DNA from: Candidatus Bathyarchaeota archaeon
GTDB lineage: Archaea > Thermoproteota > Bathyarchaeia > Bathyarchaeales > Bathycorpusculaceae
NCBI GenBank assembly: GCA_963720565.1
Contig: CAVRFW010000005.1
Span: 359,027-423,026 of the forward strand
DNA length: 64,000 bases
Reading direction: 5' to 3'
The position numbers were made by a program, and so were the translations under genes. A model generated the notes under the pieces. It ran no database searches, was not told the DNA's origin, and saw only the letters and a program-made list of their open reading frames with translations. Positions 9,557 to 21,757 of the stretch are shown here, one piece after another (within the stretch, counting starts at the first letter, position 1; each line of letters begins with the position of its first letter).

Positions 9557-10426
9557 ATTAATCACGAAAACGTTTTGGTCTTGGGTTTAGGAGAAATCGG
9601 GACAGCACTATTCTCCGTTCTAAAAGAGGAAAAAAGCAGCTTTAACGTTTACGGTTTAGACCTTGAAAAAAGCAAAATGCAAGCACTAAACCAGGACTGA
9701 AGCCAAACTACCGGCCAGAATTGACACAATGCATGTTTGTCTTCCGTGCAAAAAACCAGACGCTTTTGTGGATACAGTCTGCGGCTACGCTGAACGGTTT
9801 AACCCAAACTTGGTTATTATAAACAGTACAGTTCCGCCAGGAACAACCATGAAAGTCCAACAACGATGCCCCTGTCTCGTAGCGCACTCACCAGTTCGCG
9901 GAGTACACAAAAATCCTGAACACATGAAATGGGAAATAAGGCGATGGAGAAAATACGTCGGCGGAGCAAACTCGAAGGCAACTGACGCTGCACGCAAGCA
10001 CTTTGAGAAGGCACACCTACGGGTGAAAACACTGAATAGCTGCAATGAAACGGAATTGGCGAAACTGTTTGAAACAACCTATCGCGCATGGATGATTGCC
10101 TGCTTCCAAGAAATGCACCGCATTACCCGAAACATCGGGAGCGGATTTTGACGATGTGGTCGATTTCTTGGAGGATACACATCGCATCAGGTTGGACAGA
10201 CCACACAATGTATCCCGGATTCATCGGAGGACACTGCCTAATGCCCAACATCGAGCTGCTGCTGCAAAGCTACGATTCCGAGTTTCTGCGCTTGGTTATC
10301 AAATCGAATGAGAAACGAAAAATTGAGATCAAAGACAAGACGGTTCAAAGAGAAGCAGACAAAATCGCCAAGAGAGTTGAAGCATTGGAAAAGGAGCTAG
10401 GGGAAAAGACCGGTGAGCATAACTGA
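9557..10426 (+). CDS. Short UDP/GDP-sugar 6-dehydrogenase family protein lacking the C-terminal domain; several indels
   Basis: VLVLGLGEIG (Rossmann), STVPPGTT, HSPVRG, ETELAKLFETTYR, YPGFIGGHCLMPN; pieces fall in different frames (shifts near 9698, 10140, 10205); start codon uncertain. Confidence 0.75.
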
Positions 10427-10520
10427 TGCAGCGTACGCTGTTGGCATGCCCCCTAAGATAGCTGCAAAAGCTTGGAAAGAATCTGATGCAGAAAGACTCC
10501 CCGTGAATGCAACGCGCAAC

Positions 10521-11463
10521 ATGAAGCTCGTCATGATTAATGACGCTGCCTTCGTAGGAGAGACACTTCTCAAGTATATGCCAACTGAGATCGACAAGCA
10601 ACAAATAAAACGCACCAGAGGTCTGTGGAGCAAAACATTTGGCTTGGCTTTAGAAATACTGAAGGCAAAAGGCGACTTGTACCACGCAAACTACCTTCTT
10701 CAAGACTGCTACATAGCTTCAAGACTGAATAAGAAACCGTTGATAGGACACGCCCACGGCAGCGATTTGAGAACAACATTAAATCACAGCGTCTGGGGCA
10801 GAATTGTTAGACATAACTTGATTAACTGTGATAGGATCTTGGTCAGCACCCCGGACATCATCAGCATTGCCAAACAATATCGAGATGACGCTGAATACCT
10901 GCCTAATCCCGTGGACTTCGAATTTTTTTATCCCAAACCATCCACAAGGAACGATGGCAAAAAGAAGGTGTTTATTGCCAGCGATTCAAACTGGGCTGTA
11001 AAAGGAACAGATGTCGCCATAAAAGCATTAAGTAGAATCAAAGACCAAGTAGAGGTTAGCATAGTTCAGACAAGGCAAAGACCTCGAAAAGACATTATCG
11101 CTAGCTCGCTCGCTAGGGATAGAAATCAAATTACTTCCGAAAGTCCATCACTCAACAATGAACACATACTACTGGGATGCTGATGTGGTCATCGATCGAT
11201 TCACGTTAGGCTCGCTGGGACTAGTTTCGCTTGAAGCCATTGCTTGCGGTCGTCCAGTCTTAGCTTACGTTTCATCAGAATACCCTGAAAACGCAGATTT
11301 CCCACTCAAAGACTTGAAGGATGAAGAAACTATAGCGGCAACTATCGATGATCTGCCCACTGACCTTTGGGAAAAAGAACATGTCTTCATGGAGAAGCAT
11401 CACGACACAAAGAAGATAGGCGAACGTCTTGCTCAGATTTACACAGAGTTGGTGGAGAAATAG
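10521..11463 (+). CDS. GT4 glycosyltransferase; frameshifted
   Basis: HAHGSDLR, YLPNPVD, KGTD, ADVVIDRF..GSLGLVSLEAIACGRPV; split over two ORFs. Confidence 0.8.
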
Positions 11464-11494
11464 CAGCAAATCTAAGAATCGCTTTACAATGTGT

Positions 11495-12433
11495 CTATTG
11501 AGATAAAGTACCCGCCGAGAGTATGAATAAAATTTCTTGTAGATAAGACGCACAGCGAAAAATAGTTATTTCAAGCTGTTTAGATGTCTGCTTTGAGTAT
11601 CCCCTCAGGACCCCGAGAAAAGTTGATAAACGCATAAGAGGGTAGACCAAACTGATTTGCCAACAACTTTTGTCATAAGCAATCTGTAACCCACGCAAAG
11701 GACTAAACAATGTCCTAACAAACATTGAGGCCAGACCTGGTTCTTCCCCAAGCTCCTTCGACAGCGCAACAGATTCTTTTCCGTACCAGTACCCATGTCG
11801 CAATTCGTTGACGACGCCTTGGCGTAAGTGAGTACTCTTCACGCTGAAATCAACTTTCCACAAACGCCCACTACAACTAACTTGCTTTACAAGAGCTGTG
11901 TCTACACCGGCGTTGATGCGCAGCCTAGGAAATCCACCTATTTGCCTCAGTGCCTCTGTTTTGTAAATTGTGTTGTCCAATGTCTTACCATAGGGAAAAC
12001 TCGCGTTAACTTTCGTCTGCTGAAGGTACCTCTGGTTCGTGTACTCTCCTATCAGTTTAAGGGCAAAGGGCTTATCTGGAATTCTAATGCCGGAAGCAAC
12101 CATGACTTTCTCGTCTTCAAGCAAGAGCGGGATCTTTTCCCACCAGTTTTCAGCCAGAACAAGGTCTTGTTCAACACTAACGAACATTCTTGAACACACA
12201 TGCCTCAAAGCCTCGTTCGCACCCGAGGAAATGCCTCCTTCAGGGTTCTCGTAAACCTTCCAATTGTAACTCTTCCCTATTTTCACGGTTTCATCAGTGC
12301 TATTGTCATCAACCATAATCTTGTTGGAGAGATTTTCGGAAGGAATTACCTTGTCTACCTGCTTGAGCACTGTGGGCAAGAATGGCTCGCCGTTCTTTGT
12401 CCACATTACTATGTCAACTTTGTCTTCCTTCAT
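11495..12433 (-). CDS. GT2 glycosyltransferase
   Basis: VDIVMWTKNG, VDDNSTDET, GANEAL, VEQD, IGGFP. Confidence 0.85.
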   Translation of the reverse strand: MKEDKVDIVMWTKNGEPFLPTVLKQVDKVIPSENLSNKIMVDDNSTDETVKIGKSYNWKVYENPEGGISSGANEALRHVCSRMFVSVEQDLVLAENWWEKIPLLLEDEKVMVASGIRIPDKPFALKLIGEYTNQRYLQQTKVNASFPYGKTLDNTIYKTEALRQIGGFPRLRINAGVDTALVKQVSCSGRLWKVDFSVKSTHLRQGVVNELRHGYWYGKESVALSKELGEEPGLASMFVRTLFSPLRGLQIAYDKSCWQISLVYPLMRLSTFLGVLRGYSKQTSKQLEITIFRCASYLQEILFILSAGTLSQ

Positions 12434-12891
12434 CCGGGCAAATCACTCGTTAATTAATTCAATAAAGGCTATTTTTACTTTAACCCTCCGAGTTCGAAAT
12501 TTATTTGCGCTGGTTTCAGCAAACAACTCTATCGTTTGTCTGCTACTCCGTAATTTCTCACAGCAATTTACTATAGGGTGCAGTTGATTTCAGAAAGCAT
12601 AAACATGGCAGTCGAACTCCTCGCACAAGATTTTTAAACATCTCCGCCAAAATCGGTGCTAGACAAAGATGTTTTCAAGCATCCGTCGCCAAGGCATGAA
12701 TGTCGAAACACACTTATCCCCCTTCATGTCACAATCAGTTTGCCGACATACCTCATTCGCATTATTGTGTCTTCGAATTTGCAGCCGTATGAAATATTCC
12801 GATGTTTGGCACTGCCTGCTGGGGCTTTTGGTTACCATATTTCCATCTGTTGGATGCAGAGTATCGCTATTGGGTTTGGAGGCGAAGAAGG

Positions 12892-14139
12892 ATGTTTGAG
12901 AGTTTAGATGTAGGTTGCGGAATTGAATCGGGCTTCAAAGGCTCAGTAACCGTGGGTTGCCTAAAGGCGGCAATGAGTCTTCAAGTGCGGTATCAATTAG
13001 TTGGAGAAGTTAGACCGCATAAGATTTCAAACTTTGTCTTGGCTGACGCTTGCCACCTACCTTTCAAGAATGGAGCATTCAACTTAGCTTTCAGCAGCCA
13101 CACAATTGAACGCGTCAAAGATCCTTTCAAAATGTTTTCTGAGCTACATCGTGTTGCAAATCGAAAGGTTATTGTTCGCTGTTCACACAGGAGAGGCAGT
13201 GGTGCAAAGAGGCACTTAAACGTCAACTACTTCAGCGAATCCTGGTTTGGGCTCGCTGCCTATCGATTGGGCTATAGCAGTAGGCAATTCACAAACACCT
13301 ATGACTATCCCATTAGCTCCAGACTTCATTGCCCTTTGAAATCGCAGAATAGTGCACCTTGGAGAACCTTGAGGCGGATTGAGAGCAGGTGGCTAATCCA
13401 TAGGTTAAAGATTCCTTCTGAAATAGAGTCCTGGAGCAACATTGTTGAAGAAAGGCGTATTATGGATCCTGTTTGCTTTGTTGTCGTCTCTAACGACGAA
13501 AAAACCTTGAACACATGTTTCAAAAAAGGCACAGGAGTACGCGATGAGAACTCGAAAATATACATGAACTATGACAGGACACCATTACCTGACTTTTTCA
13601 ATCATCATATTGGCAAACTTGGGTCCGAAGAAAATGTCTGGCTTGTCTTCTGCCATCAAGATTTTATTCTCAAAGAAAATCTCGAACTTGTCCTTGGTAG
13701 TTTAGACGCAAACTCTATCTATGGAGTAATTGGGACGAGGGCGGCGTCTGCAAACCTGTTTGGCAGAATACTGCAAACAGACAACACAGCAATTGGGCTT
13801 TCCCTCGCTAAACCTGAACCTGTTCAGACATTTGATGAAATGTGCCTAATTGTTCACTCAAGTTTGTTCAGGAAAGGCATGCGCTTTGATCGTAGATTCA
13901 AGTTTCATTTCTACGTGGCTGATTTATGTATGCAAGCTTACACAAATGGCTTTGGAGTCTATACGCTGCAGACATACTGCCAACACAAAAGCAAGGACCT
14001 AATAGGAGACCGAAATAGCGAAGAGTTTAACACCTCGAAGAAACTTTTTGCAGAGAAGTGGTGCCTATACCTGCCAATCAGAACAACCACAGGCTTGCTG
14101 AGCAATGAGTATCCAGACTACAATAATCCCATTGATTAG
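12892..14139 (+). CDS. Methyltransferase domain fused to a GT2-like domain
   Basis: LDVGCG, ADACHLPFKNGAF..SSHTIE; C-half VFCHQD, QTFDEMC, FHFYVADLCMQA. Confidence 0.72.
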   Translation: MFESLDVGCGIESGFKGSVTVGCLKAAMSLQVRYQLVGEVRPHKISNFVLADACHLPFKNGAFNLAFSSHTIERVKDPFKMFSELHRVANRKVIVRCSHRRGSGAKRHLNVNYFSESWFGLAAYRLGYSSRQFTNTYDYPISSRLHCPLKSQNSAPWRTLRRIESRWLIHRLKIPSEIESWSNIVEERRIMDPVCFVVVSNDEKTLNTCFKKGTGVRDENSKIYMNYDRTPLPDFFNHHIGKLGSEENVWLVFCHQDFILKENLELVLGSLDANSIYGVIGTRAASANLFGRILQTDNTAIGLSLAKPEPVQTFDEMCLIVHSSLFRKGMRFDRRFKFHFYVADLCMQAYTNGFGVYTLQTYCQHKSKDLIGDRNSEEFNTSKKLFAEKWCLYLPIRTTTGLLSNEYPDYNNPID

Positions 14140-14232
14140 TAGAATATATCCAGACAAATAATAGCTCGCGCTAGCTATAGTCGAGCAGGCTCTAACTGGC
14201 TAATCAAAATGAAGAAGTAAAGGTGAAAGACA

Positions 14233-15069
14233 ATGAAAGTTGACTTGGTGATGTGGACTAAAAATGGTTCAGCAACTTTGAGGCAAGTTCTTGAAAGAAT
14301 CAACAGAATTATCCCAAAAGAAAATGTGAATCAGAGGTTCATAGTAGACGACAATAGCATAGACGACACTCGATTAATTGCATCCTCCAATGGTTGGACG
14401 GTCTACAAAAACAAGGGAACTGGAATCAGTGATGGAGCAAACACAGCTCTTGACCTTGTAACAACAGACCACTTTTGCAGTTTCGAACAAGACCTTCTGT
14501 TGTCATCTGATTGGTGGAACAAGATTCCCAAACTGCTCAGAGGAAACGCGTATGTTGCTTCAGGGATAAGGCTAACCTCAAAACCTAAATTTCTACATAG
14601 GTTGCAGCTTTATTCTGCAGCGAAATATAAGATAAACAAAACTGATTCTTCAGGCTTTGGATTTGGCAAAACCTTCGATAACACAATCTATGACGCTGCT
14701 TTCTTGAGGAGAATTGGCGGTTTCCCTAAATTGAGGACGAGCTTGAGTGTTGACACTGCTTTAGCATACAGGATGACACGCGCGGGAGCTGTTTGGACTG
14801 TAGACTATAGTGTAGTGAGTGACCATCTGCGTCAGAACTTCATACAGGAATTAAGGAAGGATTATTGGTATGGAACTTGTAATAAAGCTGTTAGAGAAGC
14901 ATTAGGTGATAGAGCTGACTCCATTTTGCAGATATTTGTTCGTACGCTATTCAGTCCAATTAGGGCTTGGCAGATTGCTTACAAAATGAAATCTCTGCCA
15001 ATCATCGCTTATTATCCTTTACAACGATTAGTATTCTTTCTTGGTATGACACGGAGTTATTCAGACTGA
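14233..15069 (+). CDS. GT2 glycosyltransferase, paralog of 11495..12433
   Basis: VDLVMWTKNG, VDDNSIDDT, GANTAL, FEQD, GKTFDNTIY, IGGFPKLR. Confidence 0.85.
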   Translation: MKVDLVMWTKNGSATLRQVLERINRIIPKENVNQRFIVDDNSIDDTRLIASSNGWTVYKNKGTGISDGANTALDLVTTDHFCSFEQDLLLSSDWWNKIPKLLRGNAYVASGIRLTSKPKFLHRLQLYSAAKYKINKTDSSGFGFGKTFDNTIYDAAFLRRIGGFPKLRTSLSVDTALAYRMTRAGAVWTVDYSVVSDHLRQNFIQELRKDYWYGTCNKAVREALGDRADSILQIFVRTLFSPIRAWQIAYKMKSLPIIAYYPLQRLVFFLGMTRSYSD

Positions 15070-15239
15070 TTGCACATCGGACAAGAGATTTGTTGGCGAT
15101 TTCGGGAACACTACCTCTTCCCTTCCCGCTTCTTTTTTACAAGTTCGTTTTGATATCATCCAGGCATCCGCTAAGACCAGAAAATCGATTGCTATCAGTG
15201 GGAATAACAAACAAATAAATGAAAGGGTAGCAAACGTCA

Positions 15240-16159
15240 ATGTCAATGTCAGCAATAAAAAATTATCTCAGAAGGGTATATGACACTGAAACAGGCTTGC
15301 TTTCGTCTCTCTTGAACCTGTTGATTATTTTCCGTGATTTTCTTCTAGAATGCCATTTTGGTAAGCCGTTTAACCTTTGGACCAAGTCTCGTGTGCAATG
15401 GGTTTGCTCGAGCAAGTGGGCTGCAATTAGAAAAGCGATTATTTATGTTACACCATCAGGGGAGAAGAAAATTCTCCGTTAGAAAGAGAAGCAGAAAGGG
15501 GCGCGGAACCAAACTCTAACCCATTGGTTAGTGTAATCATTCCAACCTATAACAGGGCAAACATTCTTCTAAACCGTTCTCTCCCTTCGGTTCTCGGTCA
15601 AACACACAAGAATCTTGAAGTAATCATAGTTGGAGACCATTGTACCGATGATACTGAGTTGTTGTTGAAAGAAAAAGCAGATCCAAGAGTAAAATTCATA
15701 AATTTGCAGGAACGAGGTCGCTACCCTGAAGAACCGATTCTGAGATGGTTTGTAGCTGGGGTAGTCCCTTTGAATGTGGGATTGCTCGAATGCAAAGGCG
15801 ACTGGATAGCTAACTTGGATGATGATGATGAATTTTTCTCAAATCATATTGAAGTATTGTTAAATTTTGCATTGCAGCAGAATCTTGAGATGGTTTACGG
15901 AATTGTCGAGTATGAGGATGGAAATGTTGGAAAGACGTTGATCGGCAGACCTCTTCTTAGACGGGGAGCAATTTCCCGTTGTTCAACCCTATATAGAGGT
16001 TATTTGAAATGCTTTCAGTATGATATCAACTCTTGGAAAATGAAGGAACCTGCAGACTTTAATCTGTGGAGACGTATGAAGCGAGCAGGGGTCGAAATAG
16101 GTTTTCTTAACAAGGTTGTTGGAAAACACTACAAGGAATTAACTCAGTTGGAGAGATGA
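15240..16159 (+). CDS. GT2 glycosyltransferase; N-terminal extension probably split by an indel near 15470
   Basis: LVSVIIPTYNR, SVLGQTHKNLEVIIVGDHCTDDT, LDDDD; upstream 80-aa ORF abuts. Confidence 0.75.
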
Positions 16160-16825
16160 AAAGAATGAATGAGAGAGTGTTTATTGTAGGCGCTGGAGGA
16201 TTTGCCAGAGAAACCCTAAGTATGTATGTGGACTTGGGGAGAGAACGAGACATATGTGGATTCTTAGAGGAAAACTGCAAAAGGGAAGGCGAAATTGCAT
16301 CTTGGGAAACCGCTCTATGATATTTCCCACTTGAACCAATTCTCGAAAGAGAACAAACCTTTGCTAATTATGGCTATTGGTACAACAAAACGCCGGCGAC
16401 TAATCGAAAAATTGCAGGATGAAGAATATCGATTTGACACAGTGATACATCCGGGTGCGAAGTATTCAAGATGGGTTAAAATTGGTGAAGGATCAATCGT
16501 TGCAGTTGGAGTGATTATGACTTGTCAAGTAGATATCGGTCGTCATGTTATTCTCAACGTTGGAGTTCACATAGGTCATGACGTGAAGATTGGAGATTAT
16601 GTCACTGTTTCTCCAGGTAGTGGAATTATGGGCCACGTCACAATAGGCGATGAGGTCTTTATCGGAGCGCATGCGACTATCGCAGATCGCGTAAGAATAG
16701 GGAATGGTGCGATCGTAGCGGCCGGGGCGGCAGTAATCCAAGATGTACCGGCTATGTCGCTTGTAGCGGGGGTCCCAGCCAAAGTGAAAAAAATGTACAA
16801 ATCTGTTGAAGAGAAACCTTGGTAG
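16156..16825 (+). CDS. NeuD/PglD-family sugar acetyltransferase; frameshift near 16300
   Basis: Hand-read N-terminus MKRMNERVFIVGAGGFARE; IHP.A, IGHDV, hexapeptide repeats, GVPAK. Confidence 0.85.
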
Positions 16826-16828
16826 ACA

Positions 16829-17566
16829 ATGTGGGAGAGTGAAGGAATGCCCATTCCAGAAGTAGTTACAACAATCGCGAAACGATACCGACTATTGAGG
16901 TTACCTCTTCCTCAATCTCTTCGTTTGTTCTTCCTATCGAAATACGCAAACGATTTGCGACATTATTCAAATCCTATTAAGAAAACTCTTCTCTTTTACT
17001 TGTCTTACTTGGAAGAAATAGAAGCACAACTAACGATGCCATTCATAGCTGAAACACTGCTGCAAGCAATTCTTGGAACCAGCCACCTTGAGGGAGACAT
17101 CATTGAATGCGGAACATATAAGGGCGGTTCCACGATTTTAATTGCACATCACCTAAAAGCAACAAGATCTAAAAAGCAAATCTATGCGTGCGATACGTAC
17201 GAAGGTCATCCATATGATGACATTGAATCAGCTTGCTACGGCCTTAAGCGCGGAATGGGAAGCGACTCAAGCGTTTATCATGTTGAACATAAATTTAGGA
17301 AATTCAAGATCTTGGACAGAATCACGATTGTCAAGGGCAAGTTTGAAGATACTCTTCTTGACAACTCGGGGACAGAGTTTTCTCTAGCATTTATTGATTG
17401 CGATCTCTATCAAAGTGCAAAGTTCTGCTACTCTTTTCTCTATCCAAGGATTGTTCCAGGAGGATGCATAGTGGTGCATGATTACGAGGAACAAGAGCCA
17501 AATAAGACGCCGCTCCTTTGGAATATCTCTGGCAACCGACGAGTTTCTCCAAGGAAAAAGGGTTGA
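16829..17566 (+). CDS. TylF/MycF/NovP-family O-methyltransferase (C-terminus probably frameshifted)
   Basis: EGDIIECGTYKGGS, DTYEG, VKGKFEDTL, IDCDLYQS, PGGCIVVHDY. Confidence 0.85.
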   Translation: MWESEGMPIPEVVTTIAKRYRLLRLPLPQSLRLFFLSKYANDLRHYSNPIKKTLLFYLSYLEEIEAQLTMPFIAETLLQAILGTSHLEGDIIECGTYKGGSTILIAHHLKATRSKKQIYACDTYEGHPYDDIESACYGLKRGMGSDSSVYHVEHKFRKFKILDRITIVKGKFEDTLLDNSGTEFSLAFIDCDLYQSAKFCYSFLYPRIVPGGCIVVHDYEEQEPNKTPLLWNISGNRRVSPRKKG

Positions 17567-17632
17567 AAATTGCGCGGAAAGGCTCATCCGGTTACGCGAT
17601 CTGGTTCCCCAATTTTGGTGGTAAAGAGAAGA

Positions 17633-18713
17633 ATGTTGTTAGCAGTAGTAGACACACATTTTCCTTGGATACTTAGTGGCTTCAGATACTGGGAGAATTT
17701 CGAGTTCTACAAAATTGACAAAAACATATTATTTTTTAGTGTTCATAAAATGAACGATGACTTTCCTGCACAAGTTCACCCATTGACACTTATTAGAGAA
17801 TACTCGATCACCGACATCTATTGCGTATTCTTAAATCACACTTTAGGATTATTGGACTATCCGGGAAAAATACCGGGCAAACAAAATTATGGATTGTCTG
17901 AGCTTATAAAAGAAAGAAACATATCAATTCATACAACTATCTACCCCGGTGGCGGTTACGAAAATAACTCTTTAGATCAAGCCTTGAAAGCTTTGAAGTT
18001 TCTAAAAGGTCATCCCAGCGTAAAGAGCGTTTTCACAAATCTTAGTGAAGTGCAAAAAATTATTCCTAAAGCGCATTGGATTGCAGGCATCATAAACACT
18101 GGCTTTTACAAGTATCGCCACAGAGCCAAAAGCAATAAACTTCAACTCCTGTTTTCTGCGTTTCACCGGAAAGAGAAAGGGTTTAATTATTTAGCTAAAG
18201 CGCTTAACTTCACTAGATCCTTCCAAATATCACCTGCATATCGTAGGAGATTGGGAGAGTGAACTTCATCTAGTCAAACACCATAATTATACATATTATG
18301 GAACGCTACCTCCAGAAACATTAAGAGAAGTTTATTACAACTGTCATGTTATCATAGCTCCCAATTACAAAGGATGTGGCCCTATCAACAATAGATTCAT
18401 ACCTATTTACAGGAAATATGTAACTCTCGATGGATTTCCAACAACCACTGCGGTAGACGCTATGTCCACTGGTTGCTGTTTAATCTCAACCAATCCCAGA
18501 AAGGATTATTCAGCACTAAAACCAGAGGAAGATTACTGGGAAATCAAAGAAAAATCTGCCAATCATATACAAAAGGCTATTGAATATTGTTATGATAATC
18601 AAGACGAAATGTTACTAATGGCAGAAAGAGGTCACAAAAAAATTTTGGAGTACTATGATGCCGAAAAAAATGTTCGATTTAAGTACGACGTAATCAAAGG
18701 GATGAATTTATGA
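17633..18713 (+). CDS. GT-B glycosyltransferase; frameshift near 18210
   Basis: SGFRYWEN, YPGGG, KGF; alternate frame gives HLHIVGD..DGFPTTTAVDAMSTGCCLISTN. Confidence 0.72.
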
Positions 18714-19814
18714 TAACTGTCACAAAATCAAGTCTTCCCAGAGCTAGACAAATACACAGAGTATTTAGAAAAAATATGGACAACCAGATGGTTGACAAAT
18801 GATGGCGAATACACCAAATTACTGGAAGAAAGGCTAAAAGCCTACTTGAGAATTAAAAACTTGGCACTTGTTTCTAATGGAACACTGGCTCTTCAACTCG
18901 CTCTAAGAGTTCTTGATCTTAAGGGTGAGGTAATAACGACCCCATTTACTTTCATAGCGACAACGAACGCGATAGTATGGGAAAGACTGAAACCCGTTTT
19001 CGCCGACATTGACCCACAAACGTTCAACATTGACCCCGCTGAAGTGGAGAGGAAGATAACAGAGAAGACAAGCGCGATACTTGCCGTTAACGTTTATGGA
19101 AACTCTTGTTGCATGGAAGAACTTCAGGAGATTGCAGAAAAACATGAGCTGAGACTAATCTTCGATTCCGCTCACGCTTTTGGCGTTGAATACAAGAACA
19201 AATCAGTTCTCGACTTCGGGGACATGTCGACCCTGAGTTTCCACGCAACCAAAGTTTTTAACACAATAGAAGGAGGAGCAATCGCATCCGTGAAAGAAGA
19301 ATTGACACAGAAAGTGAAGACTATTCGAAATCACGGCATTAAATCCGAGGAAGAGGTAGTTCTGCCTGGAACAAATGCAAAAATGAATGAGTTCCAAGCT
19401 GCAATGGGATTGTGTAACCTGGAAAATCTTGAATTAAATCTTCAATTACGGAAGAAGCTATACGATGAATACAAAGAGAGACTTGGTTGTGAACGTGTCA
19501 AATTTCAGAAAATAACAGCGTCAAAGTACAATTACAGCTATATGCCAGTATGCTTTGAAAGTGGCAGAATCAGAAATGAAGTGTCCGATGAACTTCTTCG
19601 GAAAGGCATTAAATCTCGAAAGTACTTTTACCCCCTAACGGTCAAAGCAGACTATTTCAGGGAAAAGACACAGGACCTATCCAATAAGTCTGGTCTGGAT
19701 GTAGCCTCATCGATTTCAGACAGGATATTGTGTCTTCCTCTATACCCTGATTTGGATACATCAACCGTCGACCAAATTGTTAAAATAATATTTCAAGTCT
19801 TGAAAAATAACTAG
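18710..19814 (+). CDS. DegT/DnrJ/EryC1/StrS sugar aminotransferase (VioA-like); indel near 18740
   Basis: WLTNDG, SNGTLAL, TTPFTFIAT, DSAHAFG, SFHATKVFNTIEGG, NAKMNE, LCLPLYP. Confidence 0.9.
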
Positions 19815-20217
19815 TTTGCGAAATCAAAACTCCCAAAGTCACTAAGGATCAGCCGGATTACTAGGCTGCAAAATAGTTGAAGCCTCCAGTGGTCATCAAG
19901 TTTTTCCTGTTTAGAGATTCTATGTTTGTGTTAAACAGAACTATAAATCCTGATATCATTCCATCAAAATGGAAAAAATAGACCGCCCTTTTGGAAACCA
20001 GCAATCAGATTCGAAGAAGGAATTGTGAACACTGTTCAAAGGTGCTATGAGAACACTCAATGGTGGAGACCCGTGGCTGAAACCGAACAGACAAATTTCC
20101 TGAGAGAAAAAGGGTAGAGTGCCCAACATTGGCCGCTGTTCCACGAAAGGATTTTGAGAGAGAGTTTATAATAACACAATGTCATCAATCTGAAATGAGC
20201 AAAAGAGTATTCAAATT

Positions 20218-21688
20218 ATGAAACTGAGACTGGATGTTGACTATGCCTATCCTTCGAGAATCAAAAGCTTCATTTTCACAGCGCTTAAGCAGAAAAAGCA
20301 GAAAGCACTATCTCAAGAACGCAAAAACAATAGCCAGAATGATAGATGAGTCGCCGCGAGAAATTCAAGCTTACTGGTTTTTTACCCCTCCCACTTGGCC
20401 CGACGATGAAATGCTGAGATTGCTCAATTCGGATAAGCATGAGATAGCTCTCCACGTAACCAATAATCCCTACGAGGAACTCCAAGGATTAGAAAAGGCT
20501 ACCGGAAGAGATATAGAGTTTTACACCATCCATGGAACCGAGCGTTTATTGGCGCGGATAATTTGGAAACGAAAACTTTGGGAATCCAGAACACCGATAC
20601 CTGCTGATTTTCCATTGAAGTCTTTTCACGAGTTCCCGACTCTGGCTTTTGACCGCATATGTCACAATAGTTCAATATCAGTTGCTGTAGCAATCGCTGA
20701 GGCGAGCATAGAGAAAGGAGAAGTATTAGAGATTCATCCTGAATGGCTCTTCCAGAGGGGAACAATTAACCACAGGGGACCATTCTACGGACCACTAAAA
20801 CAGGTTCTGCAAGTTGACCGAGAATTAGACCAGCTTGTTATCCGCAAGAAAGCATTTGTAAGAATTGCTAAACTCCTTGAACCGAAAGAATACACGCATG
20901 ATTTCGTTCCAACCGAGGAATTCATCCAGAAACTCGGGGATAGAGCAATAGACATTTTCACTTTCATCGAAAGAAAATGGTGCAACACTATCTCCAATGC
21001 TTCCAATTCATGGATAAAGACAGCTGACAATATTGCTCTCCTCAAAGTGGCAAGTTATGAAGATTGGTGGAAAAACATTGGAAAAAAGACCCGCAACATG
21101 AATCGTAAAGCAGAAAAAACCGGAATAACAACCCAGGTGGTAATGCCAAGCGAAGAACTGGCTGAGGGCATTTGGAAGATTTACAATGAAACTCCTATAC
21201 GGCAGGAAAGAGCTTTCCCGCACTACGGCGAGTCATTACTCTCAGTCAAGAACGACGTGTTTTCTCCTAGAAAGGGAGCGTTCATTGGTGCTTTTTTCGA
21301 AAACAGACTCGTCGGATTCATTCAACTCCTATACGGAGATAACATAGCTATAATATCCCAGATTCTTTCACTGCAAGAGTTCTGGGACAAGGCAGTCAAC
21401 AACGCCCTGCTTGCCAAAGCAGTGGAGTTTTGTTCACAGAACCAGATGCAATGGATTATGTATGGCAGAATGGGAAATCACCCTTCCCTGGACAAATTCA
21501 AACAAAGCAACGATTTCAAAAAGTTTCTGTTAGCAAGATATTTTATACCCATCACAAAGAAAGGTCAAGTCGCTGTAAAATTGGGATTACACAACGATGC
21601 AAAAGATATCCTTCCTCAAAGAATAAAGTATTCACTCATCCCAGTGTACAATTGGATAAGCAGAAGAAGAGTCGGGATCAAGCGTTAG
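20218..21688 (+). CDS. Two-domain protein: deacetylase-like N-half plus GNAT/FemAB-like C-half; indel near 20290
   Basis: Hand-read start MKLRLDVDYAYP; HEIALH, TIHG, IHPEW; C-half KKTRNMNRKAEK, NNALLAKAVE, YGRMG..SLDKFK. Confidence 0.55.
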
Positions 21689-21757
21689 CGCAGGGTTTGC
21701 TGCAAGAGATTAAGAAAAGAAAAACGACAAGGCCGCACTAATGAAGGTGCAACGCTT

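Noticed and set aside
5738..9700. Premature TGA codons at 5738 and 9698 as possible selenocysteine sites
   Set aside because: The protein continues in a different frame, so these are insertions, not readthrough
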